Shown: positions 31,985-41,608, counted from the stretch's first letter. The stretch: DNA of 64,000 nucleotides from Chloroflexota bacterium (GCA_964291655.2 OZ219801.1:320001-384000); one strand, 5' to 3'. Numbers and translations are program-made. The notes: generated from the sequence alone by a model not told the origin.

Positions 31985-33088
31985 CTAGGAGACCCGCACG
32001 TACTCCGACTCGCTCGCCGTCACGACCTCCGCCCTGATCTCAGGGTCGAGAAGCTCGTTCAAGCGGCGGTAGTTGGTTGAGTAGCGTGTCGATTGCACCA
32101 GGCTGACCGTTCGTCCGTTCACTGTGGCCTTGGCGTCGCCCTTCCGGCGTATCCACGCCTTCAGGGTGTCCAGCGCGGTGCGCTTGGCCTTCTCAGGCTC
32201 CCGAATTGCGTCCTGAGCCTCTGTGTAGGCCGCCACCGCGTCATTTGCCTCTTCGTCTGTCACCTCATCCGCTTCAATCTCCGGTTCGTCCTGCTCTCCC
32301 TCCTGCGCCATGCCTGGCAGGCAGACCGCCAGGAAGGGGCAGCTTCGGCATTGCCAGGAGTTGGCGGAGAAGTCGCGCTCCGGTAGCACGTCGGGGTCAG
32401 GCCCGTTCTGGACGTGGTGGGCGGCGAGTTCGCCGAGCCACTCGCAGGCGTCCTGGAGGGCCTTCTCCAACCGGTCGGCGGGGATGACCTCGTAGTCCCA
32501 GGTTCGGCTGCCGGTGTCCATCGTGGCGATCACGACGTCCCGCATCTGACCGTAAGTTCCCAGCGTGTAGAAGGCGGCCTGGGCCACTGACGCCGGATGG
32601 CTGCGTTCCGCGCCCAGCGTCCGCCACCTCTTGAACGCCTCTGGCCCCCTGGTCTTAACCTCGACCACCATCTCGTCGCCGTATGCCGGAGCTGCGTCCC
32701 CGAACAGCAGCGTCTGGACTTCGGCAGCCGCCTCGTCTTCGGGGAGGGGCATCCGCACCACGCCGTCCGGGTGTCCCGTCACCAGAAGGCCGGGGCCGAT
32801 GCGCACCGTCACGTGCTGCGGGTCGTGGGAGTCGGCGGGGTCCACCTTCCAGCCCGCCCGCTCCATCGCCCGCACCACCACCGGCTCCAGGGCGTTGCCA
32901 GCCTCCATCGCCGTCAGCGATTCGTCGCTGGGGGAATTCGTCGGCGTGTAGTTCGTTGCGGCGTACCACAGGGCGCGGCGGCAGCCCAGGGCAGCCGAGG
33001 CCCGGACCACAAGCTCGCCTTCCTCGTTGATCTGTGCCGCAGGACGGGAGAAGACCTCCGCCCTGTCTGTGTCCGTTGTCGTTGTCAT
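31985..33088 (-). CDS. PD-(D/E)XK exonuclease (YqaJ/Cas4-like)
   Basis: RAS..GC.R..WY, GHPDG, VEVKT, Q...Y and C-terminal CxxC...C. Confidence 0.75.
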   Translation of the reverse strand: MTTTTDTDRAEVFSRPAAQINEEGELVVRASAALGCRRALWYAATNYTPTNSPSDESLTAMEAGNALEPVVVRAMERAGWKVDPADSHDPQHVTVRIGPGLLVTGHPDGVVRMPLPEDEAAAEVQTLLFGDAAPAYGDEMVVEVKTRGPEAFKRWRTLGAERSHPASVAQAAFYTLGTYGQMRDVVIATMDTGSRTWDYEVIPADRLEKALQDACEWLGELAAHHVQNGPDPDVLPERDFSANSWQCRSCPFLAVCLPGMAQEGEQDEPEIEADEVTDEEANDAVAAYTEAQDAIREPEKAKRTALDTLKAWIRRKGDAKATVNGRTVSLVQSTRYSTNYRRLNELLDPEIRAEVVTASESEYVRVS

Positions 33089-33298
33089 AGCTTTCGCCTC
33101 CTTGATTCCTGTAGATGAAGAGTTGTCCGGACCGCTCATGCGGCCGCCTTTGCTTCAGCGTTCGTTACTTTCGTCTCATCCCCGGCCTTCGCGTAATTAG
33201 GTAGGGACGGCGCCGCCAATGGCCGAATTGCTCCGGCTGGTTTGCGCCATCCCTCCTACCGAACCGGACGTGCCACTTTCGCGGCATCCGGCTCTCCG

Positions 33299-35008
33299 CT
33301 AGACGGTTTGTTGTTGGCTAGCACGGTGTGCAGCTATATGGCACGTCCGGCAGAGCGTGACCAGGTTACGGAGTGCGTGAGACTTCATGCCTTTGGTGTG
33401 ATGCACGTGCAGATTTGCCCGTGTGCCACACTGTCGGCATTTCATGCCATCACGCACTTGTGCCCGGAGTTTCCTTTCGACGATTTCTAGGGGTTCGCCG
33501 CGATTGCCGCTAGTCCTAGTGGTCGCCGTGTAGATACGCTCGTCTGGGCCGGTTTCTCCCTGTGGAAAGTCGCTTTCTGCCTCTGCGTGGCCGGACAGGT
33601 AGGGGTGCGGGAAGCCCGCCTTGCCCTTCTGCCGGTAGCGGTGGCGATCAAGCTCCTGTCTGGTGGGGAGCCATTGGTACGCTTCCAGCGTGTTACCGCT
33701 TTCGCGCACCTCTGCGTGCCAGCAGGTTCTGCCGTGGAGCACACTGGACTTGGCGCGGACGAGTTGTCCCTTGTGGCTACCCTTGTGCTTGTTCCGTAAC
33801 CAGTAGAGGTAGCGGAACCACACGAAGTTGGTAATCTCTTCGACGTCCTTGACGAAGCTGAGGTACCGATAGTATTCGGCCCAGCCCCGCACGATAGCGT
33901 TCAGGGTTGTCAGTCGGGTGTACTCGTCCATCCAAGTCCAGTTCTTGGAAGTCAGGTCTTTGAGCTTCCGTTTCACTCGCTCCTTGGCCTTGGCCGTCGG
34001 TCGAAGGTGGACTGCCCACCTGCCGTTGACCTGCTTGCGCTGGATGTAGAAACCCAGAAAGTCGAAGCCGTCGTTGACGTGGGTGACGACTGTCTTTTCT
34101 TCCGATAGCGTCAGGTGGAGTTCGTTCTCCAGAAACTGCTGTATGGCCGTTTTGGTGGCCTTGACCTCGGCCTTGGTGCCGTTGCTGACGACCACGAAGT
34201 CGTCGGCGTAGCGCACCATCTTGTAGTTGCCGAGATCCGCCTTTCTTCGCCGTTGTCGAGCGTGGGGAGTCAAGTCCCACTGTGCCGCCGCCCACTGGTC
34301 AAACTCGTTGAGGTAGACGTTGGCGAGCAGCGGGGAGATAACCCCTCCCTGTGGCACACCGGAGTCGGTGCGCCGGAAGAGGCCTGCTTCCATCACGCCC
34401 GATTTCAGGAACTTCCAGATCAAGTCCAGTAGCGCCCTGTCCTTCAGCCGCCTCCGTAGCAGCTTCATGAGCGTCCGATGGTGGACGGTGTCGAAGTAGC
34501 TTTGGAGGTCTCCTTCAATCACGTAGTAGTGTTTGACGCTGCTGTTGAACAAGGGCATGAGGACTGCGATTGCGTCCATCGTGCGCCGACCCTTGCGGAA
34601 GCCGTAAGAGTGCGGGTGGAAGTCCGACTCGTAAATCGGGTCTAGGATGGCCCGAAGTGCTTCCTGCACGATGCGGTCTCGCAGGGCGGGGATGCCCAGC
34701 GGGCGCTTCTTGCCATCGTGCTTGGGTATGTAAACTCGCCGGACGGGTTGCGGCTTGTACGTCTTGCGCTTCAGTTGGTCTATGAGCGTCGTCATCTGAT
34801 GCTCGTAGTCCTCCTTGAACGCAGTCCGCGTCACGCTATCCACGCCGTCGGTCTGGCTACCCGGTCGCGCCAGTACCCTTTCAGCCGATATGTGCATCCA
34901 GTAGTCCCAGTGCAACAGGTCGTACAGGTTGGAGAACCTGTAGTCTGGATGCTCACTGGCCGTCTTTGCCAAGAAACTTTGCTTTTCTGCCATCTTCGTT
35001 GGGTGCAT
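33299..35008 (-). CDS. ltrA: group II intron reverse transcriptase/maturase with HNH endonuclease
   Basis: RPLGIP..RDR, SYGFR, GVPQGG.ISPLLAN, YADD, GFDFLG, maturase GWAEYY, C-terminal CxxC..HVHH..N..LCxxCH. Confidence 0.95.
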   Translation of the reverse strand: MHPTKMAEKQSFLAKTASEHPDYRFSNLYDLLHWDYWMHISAERVLARPGSQTDGVDSVTRTAFKEDYEHQMTTLIDQLKRKTYKPQPVRRVYIPKHDGKKRPLGIPALRDRIVQEALRAILDPIYESDFHPHSYGFRKGRRTMDAIAVLMPLFNSSVKHYYVIEGDLQSYFDTVHHRTLMKLLRRRLKDRALLDLIWKFLKSGVMEAGLFRRTDSGVPQGGVISPLLANVYLNEFDQWAAAQWDLTPHARQRRRKADLGNYKMVRYADDFVVVSNGTKAEVKATKTAIQQFLENELHLTLSEEKTVVTHVNDGFDFLGFYIQRKQVNGRWAVHLRPTAKAKERVKRKLKDLTSKNWTWMDEYTRLTTLNAIVRGWAEYYRYLSFVKDVEEITNFVWFRYLYWLRNKHKGSHKGQLVRAKSSVLHGRTCWHAEVRESGNTLEAYQWLPTRQELDRHRYRQKGKAGFPHPYLSGHAEAESDFPQGETGPDERIYTATTRTSGNRGEPLEIVERKLRAQVRDGMKCRQCGTRANLHVHHTKGMKSHALRNLVTLCRTCHIAAHRASQQQTV

Positions 35009-35198
35009 ACATCCCTCCTCTGGCTTAGTTCGCATGTGTTCTGCACTCGTCTAACTGCCCTCCTTCGCCATGTGGCCGGCTTTCCCGACCTCGGACTACT
35101 ACGAGGGCTCTGCCCCACGCCCGGCATTGGCCGCAAGCTGGCCTACCCCGGCTTGGCTCCTTGTTGACCCGCAAGGTCTGGTGTGCCACCATCCCGAT

Positions 35199-35429
35199 AT
35201 GTCTACCGTTCGCCGATGGTTCAGAGAACATCGACTCTTGGGCAGGGTCATGGTCGGAATACCCTTTGCTGTCGGGGTGTTCTTCATCGGTAGGTTCCTG
35301 ACCAAGTTCATTGGCGGAACACTTGGTATTGAGTCGAACTATCCCGCCCCCATAGCCACAGGCGTCCTCATCCTCGGATTATTCGTCGGACTTGGGTACC
35401 TGATGAATCGCTATGCGGGGAAGCTTTAG
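35199..35429 (+). CDS. small two-TM membrane protein inside the intron, antisense
   Basis: 76 aa with two clear hydrophobic helices and basic termini; possible leaderless promoter TTGACC-17-CACCAT 6 nt upstream. Confidence 0.55.
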   Translation: MSTVRRWFREHRLLGRVMVGIPFAVGVFFIGRFLTKFIGGTLGIESNYPAPIATGVLILGLFVGLGYLMNRYAGKL

Positions 35430-35851
35430 GGGTGGTATTTCTCGTCACTCGCGGGCTGTTCTTGGAGTTGTTCCATTACCGGGGAGCCGAACGTGGTTCC
35501 CAAGTTCACGTAGGTTGCGTCTGCGTGTCGTGGTAGGTTCTGCCTCTACGCCTGGCACGGCTCGTTGCCGCGCTCGTCACCGGGGGATGCCGTTCGAAGG
35601 GAGTACGGCATCCCTACCCTCACGGGGCTATCTCTGCTAAGACCAGTCAGAGACTCCGGTGACTCCACCCTCGCCCTACCGTGAGCGGGTGGTTCATCCT
35701 GCGACGCTTCAATCAGCAGTTTCTTGTGTAACCGTAACGACACTCTGGCTAGCGGCGCGCGGTGCAGTAGGGTGGCCGCCGCCACATTGTCGGGAAGGCT
35801 TCAGACACGGTTCCGCCTCTGGTCCCCATGCCTGCTTCCCTAGCCACCGGC

Positions 35852-36250
35852 CTACTCCTGGCCGGGTTCCCCATCGGGAACTTTCAACCTACGCGCTTCT
35901 TGGCGCACGGCCTTGAGGATGTGGGCGATGCCGTCGCCAAGTCCCAGGACGGGAACGCTCCTCCCGTCGCCCAACGTGTTCCAGAAGGGCTGCATCTCGG
36001 CGATGCCCTGGCACTGGTCGACGATCTCCTCCACCGGCGTGCCCCTGCGCAGGTGCAGGGAGACGAGCCGGCAGGCCAGCTCGGTGACTCCGTGCTGAAA
36101 GCTGCCGCCCTTCCCCAAGTGGCCGAAGACCTCGAAGGGCTCGCCGTCCTCGTCCACGGAGACGGTCACGTACAGGTTCCCATACTCCGTTTGCAGCTTG
36201 GTGGTCGTGCTGGGAAGGCTGCGAGGTCTGTCCCGCGTCTTCGGGGTCAT
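35852..36250 (-). CDS. TSCPD-domain protein (class II ribonucleotide reductase C-terminal-like)
   Basis: RP..L...T....T.YGNLYVTV....GEPFEVF..LGK.G...RLVSL.LR.G. Confidence 0.75.
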   Translation of the reverse strand: MTPKTRDRPRSLPSTTTKLQTEYGNLYVTVSVDEDGEPFEVFGHLGKGGSFQHGVTELACRLVSLHLRRGTPVEEIVDQCQGIAEMQPFWNTLGDGRSVPVLGLGDGIAHILKAVRQEARRLKVPDGEPGQE

Positions 36251-36750
36251 GGCTTCACCCCGGCTGTCCGGTGGAGGGGGTGCGTCCTGCTGCACTCAGC
36301 GATCTCCATCCGCCCGAACCTGCTCACCGTGTCCGGGTCGTTGACGAAGGACTCAGCCTCGACGCAGCTGTCGAAGTCACCGAAGGACTCTGTCCCGTGT
36401 CCGTTCCGATAGCAGGTGGCGTGGTAGTGGATTTCCGGCGAGCAGTTGCGAATGGAGGGCAGCGCCGGGGAGTAGCGGTCGAAGTAGCCCGCCACCGTGA
36501 GCGCCATCTCCCGGTCCCTGTCGTCGCCGAGACCCAAGAGCGTCCTAACGATGGGCTCCTCGCAGTCCTCCTCTGCAAAGGTGGGGGTGAGCATCGCGTC
36601 CCGGACTTCGACGGGAAGGGACTCCCACCGCTCGCGGCTGAGCTTCAGCCCGCCATGTGAGGGCGTCGTGACCCTCCAGACACCCTCGCCCAACTCTTCG
36701 ATGTCCTGGGTCCAGCCCCAGGGCGTGTATATCAAGGTCGTCGTTGTCAT
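36247..36750 (-). CDS. hypothetical mobile-element protein (DUF7007-like)
   Basis: TPWG...V.TPSHGG.KLS...EEDCE motif. Confidence 0.65.
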   Translation of the reverse strand: MTTTTLIYTPWGWTQDIEELGEGVWRVTTPSHGGLKLSRERWESLPVEVRDAMLTPTFAEEDCEEPIVRTLLGLGDDRDREMALTVAGYFDRYSPALPSIRNCSPEIHYHATCYRNGHGTESFGDFDSCVEAESFVNDPDTVSRFGRMEIAECSRTHPLHRTAGVKP

Positions 36751-36833
36751 GTCGTTCTCCTTCGTGTAGGAGAGAGTGAGACCGCCCCGTGGAGCGGCCC
36801 CACTCTCTCCCGAATCCTCAATCCACCGGCGAA

Positions 36834-37670
36834 CTAGGCAGCCTGGGCCTGTCGCATCTGCCGGAGCTTGTTGGCGGCGGCTTCGACCAGCGGCCCGAGC
36901 TCCTCCGCAGTCAGGTCGTCCATGCTCTTGCCCATCCGGTTGACGACGGCGGTACGCAGCCCGTCCTCGTCGAAGCCCTGCTCCAGGGCGATCTCGACGA
37001 GCCGCTTGCGCAGGGTCTGCGCCTGGGCGTCGGCGCGGCCCTTGGGCTGAGCCTGAGCAGGCTTGCCGTTGACCTTTACCTGGGCGGGGACGCGCTGCGG
37101 CTTGGCCGGGATGTTGGCCGACGACTGGTCGCCGTAGAAGTCATTCCCAAACTGGCTTCCGAAGCTGCGGAACGCCCGCTTCATGCCGTCCGTGACGCAG
37201 CCCTTTGTTGCGGTATCGTGTCCGTCTGGGGTGTCTTCAGCGACCGGATGGACGCCGATGTCGGTGCGGGGCAGCGCGCCCGCCACCGTGACCCGGACGG
37301 GAGCGCTGTAGGCTAGGGAGACCTTGACCTCGCCGGTCTGGGCATCGACGGTCTCGATCCGGCGCAGGGTCACGTCGGCCACAAGCTCCATTCCCCAGCC
37401 GCCAAACCCGAATATCCTGTTGGCCTGGTCGATGACGGCGTGGCCTTCGAGGTAGTCGAAGACCCTGCCGCCCCGGCCCTTGCGCTGGGAGACCAGCGAG
37501 GGGTCGATGGGCTGCGAGAGGGCGTTGGTGACGGCGGGCGCGAGCCCGTCCCAGAGCAGCTCGTGCTCGGTTACGATTGCGGCTTCGAGCTTGTGCCCGT
37601 TGCCGTTGGCTGAGACGAGTCCGTTGCTCGCCCCGTTGGAATGATGTCCGTTGTTATTGCCGTTAGTCAT
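36834..37670 (-). CDS. Rad52/Rad22 family single-strand annealing protein
   Basis: YLEGH.VI.QAN.IFGFGGW and K...TDGMKRA.R.FG.QFGN motifs. Confidence 0.9.
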   Translation of the reverse strand: MTNGNNNGHHSNGASNGLVSANGNGHKLEAAIVTEHELLWDGLAPAVTNALSQPIDPSLVSQRKGRGGRVFDYLEGHAVIDQANRIFGFGGWGMELVADVTLRRIETVDAQTGEVKVSLAYSAPVRVTVAGALPRTDIGVHPVAEDTPDGHDTATKGCVTDGMKRAFRSFGSQFGNDFYGDQSSANIPAKPQRVPAQVKVNGKPAQAQPKGRADAQAQTLRKRLVEIALEQGFDEDGLRTAVVNRMGKSMDDLTAEELGPLVEAAANKLRQMRQAQAA

Positions 37671-37910
37671 GGTGTTTCTCCTTGTGGGTGTTGTTCCTGT
37701 AGCGAATGAGCGATGCGGGTTGCCCGTGGGAACCCGTGAGCGGGCAAAAGGCCCCCGTATCAGGTACGGGGCAGGCTCGTCGTGAATTGGGCATAGGTCC
37801 TCCTCGGTGGGTGAGAGTGGGAATGGGGATGAAGCGGAAGCGAGTTCCGCAAGCAAGCGGAGCGGAGAAGCTCCGTCAGGGGGAATGCGGGAGGAGAGAG
37901 TGGCGGGGAG

Positions 37911-38960
37911 CTAGCGGGCGGAGCGGGCGGCCTGCGAGAGCAGCCGGAGGAAGGCGGCGCGTCCCTGGGGGTGAGTCGCAAGCTCGGCCACGTCCCCGAC
38001 GCCCTGGGGAAGGGTGACGGCGGCGGCCCTGCGACTGAGCAGGGATGAGAGCCGCTCCATCGCCTCACGGCCCGCGTCGTCGTTGTCGAAGGCGAGGAAG
38101 ACCCTGGGACAGCCCCGGAGGGCGGAGGCGATGCGCTCAACGCCCTGGGTGCCCAGGGCGGCGCAAGCAGGGATGCCCCATCCGGCAAGGGCGAGCCAGT
38201 CGAACACGCCTTCGGTTACGACGATCCAAGGTGGAGTGGGGCCGAGCCTGCCGAGTCCAAGCGCCGGCTTGGGGCCGGGGAGAGCCTGGAATCTGGGAGT
38301 CCGGTCGGGATCGACGGCCCGACCCACAAGCCATCGGGCGAGCCCGCCGGAGGCGTCGGGGACGACGACCATTCCAGCGAACCGCTCCGAACCCCGCTCG
38401 GTGAACAGCCCGGAGTCCCTGAGACGCTTCTCCGAGAAGCCGAGGGACTCAAGGGCCTGCCGCAGCCCGCCGCCCGGCGCGTAGCCGAGAGAGAGGCGGG
38501 CTGCGACGACCGGGCCGACGCCCCGCAAGGCCAGGTACTCCCGCGCTTCTGAAGAACGCCGGAGCCATCCGGCGTAGAAGCGCGCCGCCGCCGTCAGCAG
38601 GGCGGGGTCCCGGGGAGCTAGCGCGGCGGACGCAGGACGCCGAGTTCGGGCTGGACGATTGGCGGCCCCGGAAACGGGCCAGTGGCCCCCGTCCAGCCGG
38701 GCGATGGCTTCCGGCAGCGTTAGGCTCTCCATGCGCTGGATGAAGTCCAGCACGTCGCCTCCGCTTCCACAGCCGAAGCACCAGAACCGCTGCGAGTCTT
38801 CGTACACCGTGAAGGAGCCTTCCGACTCGTCGTGGAAGGGGCAGACGCCCTGACGGACGCGACCCCTTCCCCTGAGCCGGATGCCCGACGCCTCCACCAT
38901 GTCACCCAGGGGGTGACGGGCCTTCAGCGCAGTGATGTCCACGCTGGCCGTAACCATCAC
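37911..38960 (-). CDS. DnaG-like primase (CHC2 zinc finger plus TOPRIM)
   Basis: CPFH.E..GSF, CFGC..GGD, TEG.FD and FDND.AG motifs. Confidence 0.92.
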   Translation of the reverse strand: MMVTASVDITALKARHPLGDMVEASGIRLRGRGRVRQGVCPFHDESEGSFTVYEDSQRFWCFGCGSGGDVLDFIQRMESLTLPEAIARLDGGHWPVSGAANRPARTRRPASAALAPRDPALLTAAARFYAGWLRRSSEAREYLALRGVGPVVAARLSLGYAPGGGLRQALESLGFSEKRLRDSGLFTERGSERFAGMVVVPDASGGLARWLVGRAVDPDRTPRFQALPGPKPALGLGRLGPTPPWIVVTEGVFDWLALAGWGIPACAALGTQGVERIASALRGCPRVFLAFDNDDAGREAMERLSSLLSRRAAAVTLPQGVGDVAELATHPQGRAAFLRLLSQAARSAR

Positions 38961-39430
38961 GCACCCCCGTTCAGGGGCCGCAGCCCCCGGAGGCTGCGCT
39001 CCGAGACCAGCTTGCCGGGCCGCCAGCGCATCCCAATGACCGCCGCGACCTCCAGCGTCCCGTCGCCGTGGCGAGTGAGAGCGGAGGCCCTTCCGACGCC
39101 CTGGGTGTAGAGCATCGTCCCCCGGTCCCCGAACCGCCGCTTCACCAGTTGCTTCCACTCCGAGAAGGCCCAGCGAGCCTCCCTAGGTGTCGCCGCCGTC
39201 ACGTTCACGCCGGCGAGGATTGCCAACCCGCCGTCCACGTCCCCCGCCTTCCTCAGCCGCCGGGCCTCGTGGATGGAGCGCGTCGCGCTGGGCTCCGCAG
39301 TCTCCTGCTCTTCTCCGAGTCCCATCGCAGCGAAGAGCCGGTCCACCAGCTCCTCCAGGCTCCGCCGGGGCCGAGCCGTCTCGATCTGCATCGTCCGAAT
39401 TCCGGTTGCCAATGTCGCCGTTGTCATCAT
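38957..39430 (-). CDS. hypothetical protein
   Basis: RBS AGGAGG; stop overlaps the primase start. Confidence 0.65.
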   Translation of the reverse strand: MMTTATLATGIRTMQIETARPRRSLEELVDRLFAAMGLGEEQETAEPSATRSIHEARRLRKAGDVDGGLAILAGVNVTAATPREARWAFSEWKQLVKRRFGDRGTMLYTQGVGRASALTRHGDGTLEVAAVIGMRWRPGKLVSERSLRGLRPLNGGA

Positions 39431-39566
39431 GCACCTCCTAGTGCTTCAGCTTGTTTGTTGCCTTGAATCCGCGCCCGCTTGCGGGCAAAGAAGAAGGGGC
39501 CGCTCCCGGAATGAGAGCGACCCCTGAGTGTTGTGATGGGTTGCGAGAAGGCCTAAGGCCTCGTGG

Positions 39567-40058
39567 TCAGCGTCGGAACCTGCCGCGCACCGTGCGCCGT
39601 GGCATGAACCGCCTGAGCAGCAGCCAGCCGATGCCCAGGCCGACCAGGTTCAGGAAGAAGAGCTCCAGGTCGAGGGTCAGCAAGGGCGCCGCAACGACCA
39701 GGGCGACGACTCCGACCACCACGACCTTTCTACGCCTCCACCAGGGCGGCTTATCCAGAGCCGTGACCGGGGTGTCATACACCTGCGCGTAAGCCGTCCA
39801 GATCGGAAGCCCGATGAGCGCCTCCATCTCGGTGACAATCACGCCGCGACCGCAGCCCCGGGTGTGGCAGCGCACGTCGATGCCGTTGCCGTCCGGCCTC
39901 TGCCGAAACGCCAGCCCGTCGGACTTGCCGCCGTGACAGACAGCCGTCGTCGTCCAGAACCAGCCCCGTTCGAAGCTGACCCGGTGAGGGAGCAGGTCGG
40001 CGATCCGCCTCGCGCTGGGTCCCGTGTACCGTTCCGTCCTTATCCGTGTGTCGTCCAT
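39567..40058 (-). CDS. hypothetical membrane protein with an N-terminal Zn-finger-like motif
   Basis: CH...CH..GC followed by two TM helices; RBS AAGGAGG. Confidence 0.6.
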   Translation of the reverse strand: MDDTRIRTERYTGPSARRIADLLPHRVSFERGWFWTTTAVCHGGKSDGLAFRQRPDGNGIDVRCHTRGCGRGVIVTEMEALIGLPIWTAYAQVYDTPVTALDKPPWWRRRKVVVVGVVALVVAAPLLTLDLELFFLNLVGLGIGWLLLRRFMPRRTVRGRFRR

Positions 40059-40359
40059 GTGCGTTTCCTCCTTGCGTGTTTGTGGCTTGGACTCCGTTCC
40101 GAAGACGCACCCGGCCCGCCAGCGATGCGAACGCAGGGGAGACCGGGGTGAATGAGACGCAGCTCGCCCAGGGCGCAAATCGTCCGTGGGGGTAAGCTGT
40201 GTAACGTGAAGCGGCCAGCCTTCGCAGACCGGCGCGTGTCGAAGCTGCGGTACGGCTGCGTGCCAGCCATCCCGCAGACGTCTTGAGTCAGCCGGAGCGA
40301 CAGACGCACTTCGGCTGACCGGGTGAGGACTAGGCGCACAACGCGCTGCGTCCCCTGGG

Positions 40360-40565
40360 TCCAACGGATGAGGCGATCAACCTCAGCCGTCAGACCGGTG
40401 TCCAGCGACCGAAGCGATCAACTCCGAATCGCCGGACGTGTGCCCTGCGGGTGAAGGACCAACGTCAAACTTCAACCGCCGGACTGAGCCGAGGACGGAG
40501 GCCCTTGCGTCAACTCCGTCGAATCGGCCCGCGCTGGTTGCGAAGGACCAACGTCAAACTCCGCA
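40360..40565. repeat. direct-repeat cluster (iteron/operator-like)
   Basis: GAAGGACCAACGTCAAACT exact at 40453-40471 and 40542-40560; partial copies GCGATCAAC and TCAACTCCG nearby. Confidence 0.6.
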
Positions 40566-40750
40566 TTGCCAGCATTCCCTCTTGGACAAAGCCCGTGCAA
40601 CAGGGATCACGCACCCAGGTTTCTATGGTCGGAAACCTTGGAGAAAGCCTAACAGTGAGGTCATTATCGGCGATCCGGGAGGCTCAAAAGACCCCCTGCG
40701 TGCCACCACCCCGCAAATTGCTTCAGCTTTCACCCTGGCAGCGCGAGTCA

Positions 40751-41608
40751 TCACCGCGAGGGCAGCCACCACCGCAACGTGAGCGCCCTCCACACCTTGG
40801 ACACTAGCTCACTCCTGGCCAGTGCTCTCCGCGTGTCGAAGAGCGCCGTCCTGCGCCAGCTGACCTGGCCGCTGCGGTCGAGGCCGTGCAGAGGCTGCTT
40901 CTCCGGAGGAAGCGTCATCCCGTGCTCTTCAAGCAGCGCAAGCTCCACCTCCAGCAGGCGCTCCCGCTGGACGAGCCACTCAAGGCCCTTCCCGTCATTG
41001 GGGTGAGATTCCTTCAGCTCCCGCCACTGGACGACCAGAGGCCAGGCTTCGCCGAAGACCTCCTTGTCGTCATCGGCAGGCTCAAGGGTCACCAGGTCTG
41101 GGTGCTCGCGCCGCATCGGGGACTTTGGCGGAGGACTTCCGTCCCGCCGTGACGCCCCGCCTTCCGAACTCCCCGAACCCATCGGCGTTGGACCGGCGCC
41201 GGCATGACCGGCCCCGGTCGTCTTCGCCCTCACGGTGTCGTCCCGCCCCAGCGCCTCGACACTGCCTTCGACCTTGGACAGACGCCTGCGCGCCTCCTTG
41301 CCCAGGGACTCCACCTCGCTCTCCAACTGCTGCAACCGTTCTTCCAGCCTGTCGTTGCGCTCCCGCTGACGGGCGGCAGCCGAGCCGACCCCCTCCTGCA
41401 ACGCCCGCTCCAGCGCCTCTTGCACCCGCCGCGACAGCCTTCCCGTCCTGGCGCACTCGGCCACGGTGCGCTGGTCGATCTCCAGCACCCGCGCAGCTCC
41501 CTTGTGGCCCCGCTCCCGCACCAGCTCTTGCAGGAGGGTCATGAGCCGCATGTGGTACATGTTCTCCACGTCCCTGCTCTCCTCGATGCCGTGCTCTGTG
41601 GTCTTCAT
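40751..41608 (-). CDS. hypothetical protein with HTH-like segment and coiled coil
   Basis: KGAARVLEIDQRTVAEC segment followed by a heptad-rich region; RBS GGAGG. Confidence 0.6.
   Translation of the reverse strand: MKTTEHGIEESRDVENMYHMRLMTLLQELVRERGHKGAARVLEIDQRTVAECARTGRLSRRVQEALERALQEGVGSAAARQRERNDRLEERLQQLESEVESLGKEARRRLSKVEGSVEALGRDDTVRAKTTGAGHAGAGPTPMGSGSSEGGASRRDGSPPPKSPMRREHPDLVTLEPADDDKEVFGEAWPLVVQWRELKESHPNDGKGLEWLVQRERLLEVELALLEEHGMTLPPEKQPLHGLDRSGQVSWRRTALFDTRRALARSELVSKVWRALTLRWWLPSR

Larger units (their letters stand above)
33196..35808 (-). mobile_element. group II intron (3' end firm, 5' end tentative)
   Basis: Domain V GAGCCGGATGCCGCGAAAGTGGCACGTCCGGTTC directly after the RT stop; domain VI ending CCTACCTAAT at 33196; DIII-like GAAAGCCGGCCACATGGCGAAGG; candidate 5' GTGTC at 35808. 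Confidence 0.85.

Noticed and set aside
31985-33088. cas4 of a CRISPR system
   Set aside because: No other cas genes or array; context indicates a mobile-element exonuclease.
33299-35008. RT as part of a retron, DGR or defence RT system
   Set aside because: It has maturase and HNH domains and is followed by canonical group II intron domains V and VI; no TR/VR pair was seen.
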